A stretch of DNA of 64,000 nucleotides, from positions 79,800 through 143,799 of the IMG/VR virus record IMGVR_UViG_3300033273_000282; one strand, 5' to 3'. The position numbers were made by a program, and so were the translations under genes. The stretch is from a virus. Position 1 is the stretch's first letter; every line of letters starts with the position of its first letter. The notes under the pieces were generated by a model, which was not told where the DNA came from, did no database searches, and saw only the letters and a list, made by a program, of their open reading frames with translations. Shown here in pieces: positions 37,201-46,200 of the stretch.

Positions 37201-40200
37201 GATACATGTACAATCCCAAGAAGCTTCGCTTCTTACTGAAGGATAACGTCAGCGACGGAAACAACTCAGAACTCAATCCAACTAGACACTCACCTATTAT
37301 TGGTTGGGCTTTTGATGGTCATCCCATCTATGGTCCTTACGGATACGCTGATAAAGAGAATAAAAACCCATTCAACCAATACAAGCAGATGGTTTCCAGC
37401 TATAGGCTGAGAACCAACAGAGATGCGCTTGTACAAGGTTTAACTGACCGTATGGGTACGTATATTGAAGATTACGAATATGTTGAAGGGTCTGGTGACT
37501 TGGACCGATACAACGGGCGTTATTGCGTAACACCAGAATTTCCTAATGGCGTATACGCATACTTCTGTGCCATTGATGGTACAACTGGTAATCCCAAGTT
37601 CCCATACTTTATTGGTCCAGAATTCTACTCACAAGCAGACAGCATTAACTGGACAGGTAATGGTCTTCAGCGCCTCTTCACTGAAGACGCTGTACGTTAC
37701 AAGGCTCCATATATTGCCGTTGATGAAGCCGTTGTTAGAAGAAAATATCTTGGGGAAGGAACTGAGTTCCTGTTGGCAATGGAAGATGCCACAACTCCCA
37801 TTGTTCTTGAAAACTACGCCAACAATAACACGGAACCTGTATATATTGTATTTGACGATGTTGGTATTGGATACTATGATTACTTCCCAACAATCAAGGG
37901 TGGTAAGACTGATTCTCTGTATGTTTCGGCTACAAACAGATACTTCTCCGAAGGTATTGACCAGTACCTGATCGAAGGTGCTGGATTTGGATATAAAGTC
38001 AATGATAGACTTATATTTGACGAGACTGGCACTGGAGGCAGTGGCATTTCTGCTCGTGTTGGTAGAATTACTGGCGAAACTGTAAGTGGCATGACTTACT
38101 CCGTCAATCCCGACACTGATGTAATCACAGCAACCATTACAACTGAAAGTGACCACTTTATCAAGCCAGATGAATTTATTGATGTCACTATCACAGACAA
38201 TTATGTCAATGAAGACATCAAGGTCAAGATCATCAACGATAAGTACCACTTTAGCTATTTTGACGCTACTGACTATCGCCAAAGCAGCCCAGGTAGACTT
38301 CAGCAAGGTGATCTAACTATTACTGGCGGTCAAGATTATCTAAACGGCACTTATAACAATATTCGCCTCAGTGGTGGATCTGGCGAAGGTGCTATTGCTA
38401 ATATCATCGTTACTGGCGGAGCAGTCACCAATGTAACTATTACCGACCAAGGTAAGAACTATCTGGACAATGATGTCCTGACAGTTAACGATGCTCAACT
38501 CGGCGGGGGCGGTGGATCTGGCTTTAGTATTGATGTTGGTGAAGTTCTTAAGACTGGAGAACTGATCGATCAGAACTGGACCATTTTTGCTGGTAGTGGA
38601 TACACTACAGGTGTATACTATAACGTTCCACTGTTCAATGGTCAGTCTTCTGGTGAAGGTGCTGAGTTTACTATTACAGTTAACAACAACCAAGAAGTTT
38701 CTAGTGTTGTTCTAACTAAGGCGGGTTCTGGATACAGAGCTGGAGAACCATTGACTGCCAACAATCTTGATATCGGTAATGGCAATGGTTTCACTCTTAC
38801 ACCAACACAAGTTTCGATTGAATATACCCTAAGAGCCAGTGCTGCTCACAATCTTAAGGTTGGCGATACTGTTGTTATCACAAACAGCAATCCCGCTGAG
38901 TATGATGGTACTTTTGTTGTTACAGGTACTTCTACTCAGAGAAGATTCCAATTTAAGAATCCAACAAGCCAGTTTGTTCCCAACGAAGCAATTCCAACAA
39001 CTACAGTCATTTACTGTAGGGAACCTAACCTTAATCTGATCAACGGACACGCTTACACCTTTGATACTTCTGATACCTCTAATACAGATAGAAGACTGGA
39101 GTTCACCTTCGATAAGGAGAATACCAATATCTTCACCTACAAGAATATCACCGATGTAGATAATGACCCTGTAACTGGACAACAACTGTCCACTCAGGTT
39201 CTCATTAAGGACATTCCTGGCACACTGTTCTATTTTGATATCAACGGCAACGTTGACGGTAGCTTCTTCAGCGTAATCCAAGATCCTTACATCGGATCGA
39301 ATACGGTCACATCTGTAACTGCTACAACTGTATCATTTGTACTTCCAAATGAGCCTGACTCTGGATATGCTAAGAGCAATGGTGTAATCTACTCTACAAG
39401 TTCCATTTACCCAAGCGGCGGTATCGCTTCTATCAATATTGGTGACAAAGGTAGAAACTATTCCACTCTTCCCAAATTCACCAGTGTTACTAGATCTGGT
39501 AACGGTGCTACTGCTACATGTACTATTTCTGGTTTTGTAGAAGACGTTGCTGTTATTGAAAATGGAACTGGTTACGAATCTAGCCAACCACCCTCTGTAT
39601 ACTGCTCACTTCCAGATTTTGTAGATCTTACCCTCGATAAAGTCTTTGGTACTTTCTCCACAGGTGATGTTGTCACCTCGGAGCAAGTCCTCACTGGAGA
39701 TAGTGCTCGTGGTAAGGTAATTAGCTGGGATGCTAACACATCGACTCTCAGAGTTCAACCCCTGAGAAATAATATTACTGGTGCTACAGATCGTGGCTTC
39801 CTGATGTTCAACCAAGGAATTGCTGCTCGTAAGAACGTCTTTAGTGGTCCAAACCAAGCAGAAATTACTAACGTTGTTGGTACACAGGCAACTGTTGCTG
39901 CTATTGTTCCTGCTTCTGGTCCTGAACTTGGTACTATCTCTAACATTGCTATTAACAATAGCGGTAGTCATTATAGAAAGGCACCTACAATTTACATTGA
40001 TGATCCTTACTATGGTGGCGTCAAAGCAGTTACTATCACCAATCAGAACACTTCTGCCAATTTCCAAGCTGGCACATACACTGGAGTAACTCAAAAATCC
40101 GTCGCACCTACTGGTGGTATTGGCGTTGAGTTTACAGTAGTAGTTGACGCTGCTACATTTGACATCACTTCGGTGACGGTGGAGAGTGGCGATGAGGGTA

Positions 40201-43200
40201 GTACATATTCTCTTGGTGACCTGATCACAATCTCTGGTGCCCAAATCACTGGTGGTGTTGATGGTACTGATGACTTTGTTGTGTCAGTTAGCGAACTGAA
40301 GTTTGTAAGACCTGCTCAAACTTCTACTACAATTAACGCATCTATTGATGAAGTTAAGCTGACCAGTGCTGGTTCTGGTTATTTGTCTGCTCCAGATGTC
40401 ACTATCTCTGGCGGTACTGGTATCGATGCAGTATTGAGAGCCGAAATTGTAGATGAATCTGTAACTAAAATTATTATTGAGAATGCTGGTTCTAAGTTCC
40501 AGAATGCTCCAATTATTGCTATTAGACAAGAAATAGGTAGAGGTGCTTCTATCTTGCTGAAATCTAGTAACCTCGGTAAGATCATCAACCTCGGTGGTGA
40601 CAACATCACCTACAACTATTCCCACGATAGAACCCTTAAACCAGAGGTTAATACCACCTACAACCTTCAATTGGTTAGAACTCAGATTGTTGACTTCTTC
40701 ACTGTAACTAACGGTGGATATTCCTTTGTTTCCACACCAACTATTGAGTTTGTTGGTGGTGGTGGATCTGGCTTTGAAGCAAAGGTAAATGTAGATAACG
40801 AAGTTATCCAAAGCATTGACGTAGTAAACCCAGGTAAGGGTTTCTCATCCACACCCGATGTTCTGGCTAGAGTTACTCACCAGTTTACACCACTAACTTC
40901 CAATAGCACTCTCAACTTCCCATACAATACTAAAATTCCTACAGGAACTAAAGTTACTTTGGTGGAAGTTGATGGAACTCTTCCAGCTCCACTTCTGACT
41001 GATACTACTTACTACGCAATTGCTCCAACTACAGCAAACGGACTTGGTTCTAACCAGATGCTGCTTGCTACCACTTTGGCTAACGCAGTTAGTGGCAGTG
41101 CGATCACATTGACAGGCGTAGCTTCCGTTGGTAATGGAGGCACTGCTACTTTCCAACTTACAACTACGGACCTGGGAGACAATATCAGTGTCACATTGAC
41201 ACCAGCATCTTTTGCTGTTGGTGAAAAAGTTTACCAAGGTGTTTCTACTGCTTCCTTCAATGCTGTCGGTATTGTTAAGGCATGGGATCCATTTGGTAGA
41301 ATTCTTTCGGTCGAAGTTCAGTCTGGCGAATTTGAACTCAACCAACCAGTCTTCGGTCTTGAAACTAAGGCATTTGGTGAGATTCACGACTTCGATAAAG
41401 CAGACGCTACTTTCCAAGTTTCTCCAATCGCTACTGCTACGGCTCAATTCAAGAGAACCACTGGTATTCTTGATCTTAATGAGCAGCGTTTGTATGACTC
41501 GGATAGATTCCAAGAATTCTCTTATGTTGTAAGTTCCCCCATCAACGTAAAAGAATGGAAGAACCAATTTAAGAAAACAGCACACCCTGCTGGATTTAAG
41601 GTTCTTGGTACTCAGATTATCTCTCAAACAGCGTTTAAGAGATACAACGCATCCTCCTTCTACAACCCAGCAAACCCAGATCCAAACAACTGGTGGGTAC
41701 AAAGAACTGGAAATGAGTACCAATCCTTTAATGGAACCACGTTCTTTACTCCTAAGCCTTCTGCTTCTAACGCTGGTAAACTTTCTACCATCCAGAACTA
41801 CTTCATGGGCAAGCCAGACTATACAGCGTCTGTCCCAACCAATGTTCTAGTCGAAGGTAAGCAACTTCTGGATATCCAGAGAATCCTTAGCGCAATCGTC
41901 AATAAGCTTGACAAGATTGAAAGCAGAACTATCACATTTGACGGTTCCGACAGCAATGTCGTTGTTACTGCTAGCGATCAACTTGCTGTAACTAACCACG
42001 GTTTCATTACTGGTCAAAAGGCAAATTACTCTGCTCCTGCTGACAGATATCAGGATGCTAGAGAACTGATCCTTCAGAACATCGACTATATTATTGACCA
42101 ATCTGTTCAGTATCTGGAAGCACAGTATCCTGCCCTGACGGATGGTACTAAGCCAGATTATGATAGAACTATCTGTGCTCGTGACTTGAGACTGGTAGTT
42201 GTTGCTTGGTGTAATGACCTCCGCTTTGGTGGCAACGCTTTTACTTGGGATGCTGTACAAGAATATATTGGTGGAGTCGGTACTATTGGTAACCGATATG
42301 CCAACGCTAGACAGAGCATCCTGGATAACAAGAAACTGATTGCTGAGGAAGCAGTCGGTAGAATGCTTGCTGATCCAAATAACATCGCATTTACGGTTCC
42401 CACGGGAAACAATCAAGATTGTATTGATGACGTTATTGACGTTCTGGAAGCACTCGCTTATAACCTGTCATTTGGCGGAAACAGCGAGGTATACGATGCT
42501 GCTAACCTGTACATCACAGGAGCACACGTATCTGGTGAAGAAACTCAGACAGTTGAGGTATTCAACTACGCTAGAGACATGGCAATCCAAGCCATGCAGA
42601 ACTACCCAATCAATCCAACCTATACAGGAGAATCTCAAGTATTTGACCTTACTATCACTAAGGATCCTGCTGGTTACATTAGTGACAGACATGCTGATGC
42701 TAGAGATCTAATTCTCGCAAATAAGACTCAGATTGCGGTTACTGCTGTTGACAGAATGCTGGCTAACTTCCCAGTATTCTCTGTTCCAACTGGCAGAACT
42801 AACTGTGAGGATGACATTGTAGATATCCTTGAAGCAGTTGCCGAGAACATGTCTCGCGGTGGCAACGACGAAGTTTGGGATGCCGCAAACTACTATGTCA
42901 CAGGAACACACATCCTGGGTGAAGAAGTAGAGTCCGTCTATGCTGTAGAGCAAGCAAGAGACATTGCTGTTTTGGTAATCCAAAACAAGGTTGTTAGTGA
43001 CATGGCGGGTCAGGTATTTGATCTGACAATTACCGACGACACTGCTCCTCCTGACCAACCAGGCTATGTTAAGTGTGCTACTCAGGTAGCTGCCATCAAT
43101 ACTTTGATGGATATGGTTACTGCTGCCATTCAGGCACCTCTGTCGCATCTTATTTCTAACAGAACTGAAAAGACTGGTGGTTATGTCGCATCCTGCCAGA

Positions 43201-46200
43201 ACGTTGCTAGCAGCATCACATCTCTGATGTCTATCGTAACCGATGCTGTTGCTTCTGGCGCTAACGGTCCATTCGCTAACATCACAAGAACTGTTCCTAA
43301 CAACAGCATCTACCATATCGGTGGAGAGGAAGAAGAGACTATCGTTGCTATTCAATATGCTAGAGATCTGGCTAAGCAAGCAGTTGTCAATCAACTCCCA
43401 TACACTGATATTACGATTACCCTTGACATTGGTGGTTGTGCCGACGTTAAGTCCACGATTGATACCTTAGCTCAAGTTGTTTGGGGTGGTATTGATAATC
43501 CTTCCAGTATTCCCGATAGAAACCCAGGTTACTATCCAGAGGTTGCCAATTCTACTCCTATCGGCGGTCTAAACGCTGGTGAAGACTACTACATCATCAG
43601 AGTCGATGATGACAACCTTAAATTGGCAACAACTAAAGCTAATGCTCTTGCTGGTACCGCAGTTCCTCTGACTGGACTTTCAACTGGCGAGAAACACAAA
43701 CTGATTGTCGCATTCGACGATGAAACAACTGATTATCAGTTAAGATTTAGAGATGCTGCGGTAACACCACAAAACAAGAATCAGTTGATGGTTGTCATCA
43801 ACGGTATTGTTCAAAACCCCGTTTCCTACAGTGTATCTGGTAGCACGCTCACATTTACTGAGCCTCCTATCAAAAACTCTGTTTGTATCATCATGTACTA
43901 TCAACGTGCTGATATTAGCGGTAACTTCCAACTGGATGTCTTCGGTGATGTTATTACTTCGCTGAATACTACAGATGGCATCTATCAGGGCAGTGGTTAT
44001 ACCGCTGGTGTTTATAATGCTGTTCCTCTGATCAATAAGCGTGGTAACACTGGTAGTGGTGCTACTGCCGACATTACAATCACCAATGTTCTCGATACGG
44101 CTACTAACGTAACCGCTGATAGATTTGGCGATGCTCGTGTACTGATCAACAACAACGCAGTTCTCATCGCAGATGTTGCTGTTGGTTTGATGAACAAGTT
44201 TGGTACTCCTGTAGCGAATCGTTTCGCTGATGCCGCTACTCTGATCACAACCAATAAGAACTTCATCGCTAACGAAGCCGTTGAGCGTATGCTGCTTGAC
44301 ATTCCTTATGAGGTTCAGAGCAACAGACACTTTGACGCATACAACACAATCCTCGCTAATAAGAACCTGCTGGCACACGAAGCTTATCACCTGATGAGCA
44401 CCGTAGACTTCCCTGGTTTCACAACCCCAACAGGTGATCCTCAGGATTGTATTGATGACCTTCTGGACATCGTAGATGCTGTAGCATTTAACGTTCTCCA
44501 TGGTGCTAACAATAAAGTCTGGGATGCTGCCAATTATTACGTTGGCACAACCCACATTGATGGCGAAGAACAAGAAACTCTTGCTGCTATTGCCAGACTT
44601 GAAGAACTGATGGAACTGGCTATCGATAACCAGACAATTACCATCAGTGGTTCTCATGGATACACCCAGACGATCGATAGCGGAATCACCAACGTATCTG
44701 GCGGTTGTACAAACGTAATCGCTGGTGTCAATACTCTGATCAATATCATTGAGTTGGCAATCCAAACAGATCTGATGACTCATGCCACCAGAACTGAACC
44801 CGCTGCTTTCACTGTACCTAATGGCAATATCAACTGTATTGATGACGTTGTTGATGTTATGGAAGCGCTTTCCATCAATGTCAAGTATGGCTCTAACAGC
44901 GAGATCTATGATGCTGCTGCTTACTACGTAGGCACCTCACATCTGGATGGGGAAGAAATTCACTCTAAGTACGTTTATAGAGAAGCAACCAAAATTGCTA
45001 AGGAAGTAATCGACAATACTTCTGTTACCGTTCGCGGTAGTCATGGCATTGCTCAGGTTACAGATTCTAGCATCACTAACGTTGTTGGTGGTTGTACAAA
45101 CGTAACTGCTGCGATTGATACTCTGATGAACATCATCGAAGTTGCGATCGACACCGATTCCCTCTCTACATTTACTAGAACTGCTCCTACTGGATTTAAC
45201 TCTCCTGGTATTGGTGATGCTCAGTGTAAATCTGACACTGTTGATATCCTGCGTGCTGTTGGCGTTAACGTAGCATTCGGTGGTAACCACATTCTGTGGG
45301 ATAACCTCGATATGTACTTCAATGGAGGTCATGTACAGGGTGAAGAAGCCGAGACTCAATACGTGTTTGAAGAAGCACGTCAGATGGTCAAGAAGGCAAT
45401 TAACAATGAAACTTATGAGACCTATCCACAGTATAACTTCAGCACAAGAAGTCAGTATAAAGATCCTAGCATTACTTCAATTTCTGGCGGTTGTACAAAT
45501 GTAATTTCTGCTATTGAAACCCTGATGGATTTTGCCTACACCGTTATCGGTCAGGGCAACTTTAATACCTTTACTAGAACTGTTGGTCAGTGTGGTGATG
45601 GTTATGAAAATTCTCCAACAATCACTCAATCTGGATACACTGCTGCTGTTGACGGTGAAGTTACTGCGGTTCTGTCTGCTGAAGGCTTCATTAAGAGCAT
45701 CGCAGTTAACCAAGCAGGAGTTGGATACACCAATGCTCCAACTGTTGTAATTAAGTCTAACAGCGGTTTCAATGCCACTGCTACTGCTACAGTTTCTGGT
45801 GGTGCGGTCACTGGAATCAATGTTACTTACGGTGGATATGGTTATGATGATGTTGTTGTCGAACTGATACCAAACCCAGCAGACACAATTACAACTACCG
45901 CTCTGGCTTCTGCTACCGTCGGTAGATTTATCGAACGCCTTGAGGTTCAACTTACAGGTAAAGACTACAACCAAGCACCTACCCTGACATTCACTGGTGG
46001 CAATCCAACAACTGCTGCTACCAATCCTATTGCTAGACTCACAGGTGCCGTTACCGATATAACTCTGGTTAGCGGTGGTTCTGGTTACCTCAATACCGAC
46101 ATGCTTGGCGTTGACGCTGCTGACGTTGGTGGCACTGTCGTCAACTCCTTCCAAGTTGAAGTTGGCACAGTTACCTTCGATGGCGTACAGACTGCGTTCA

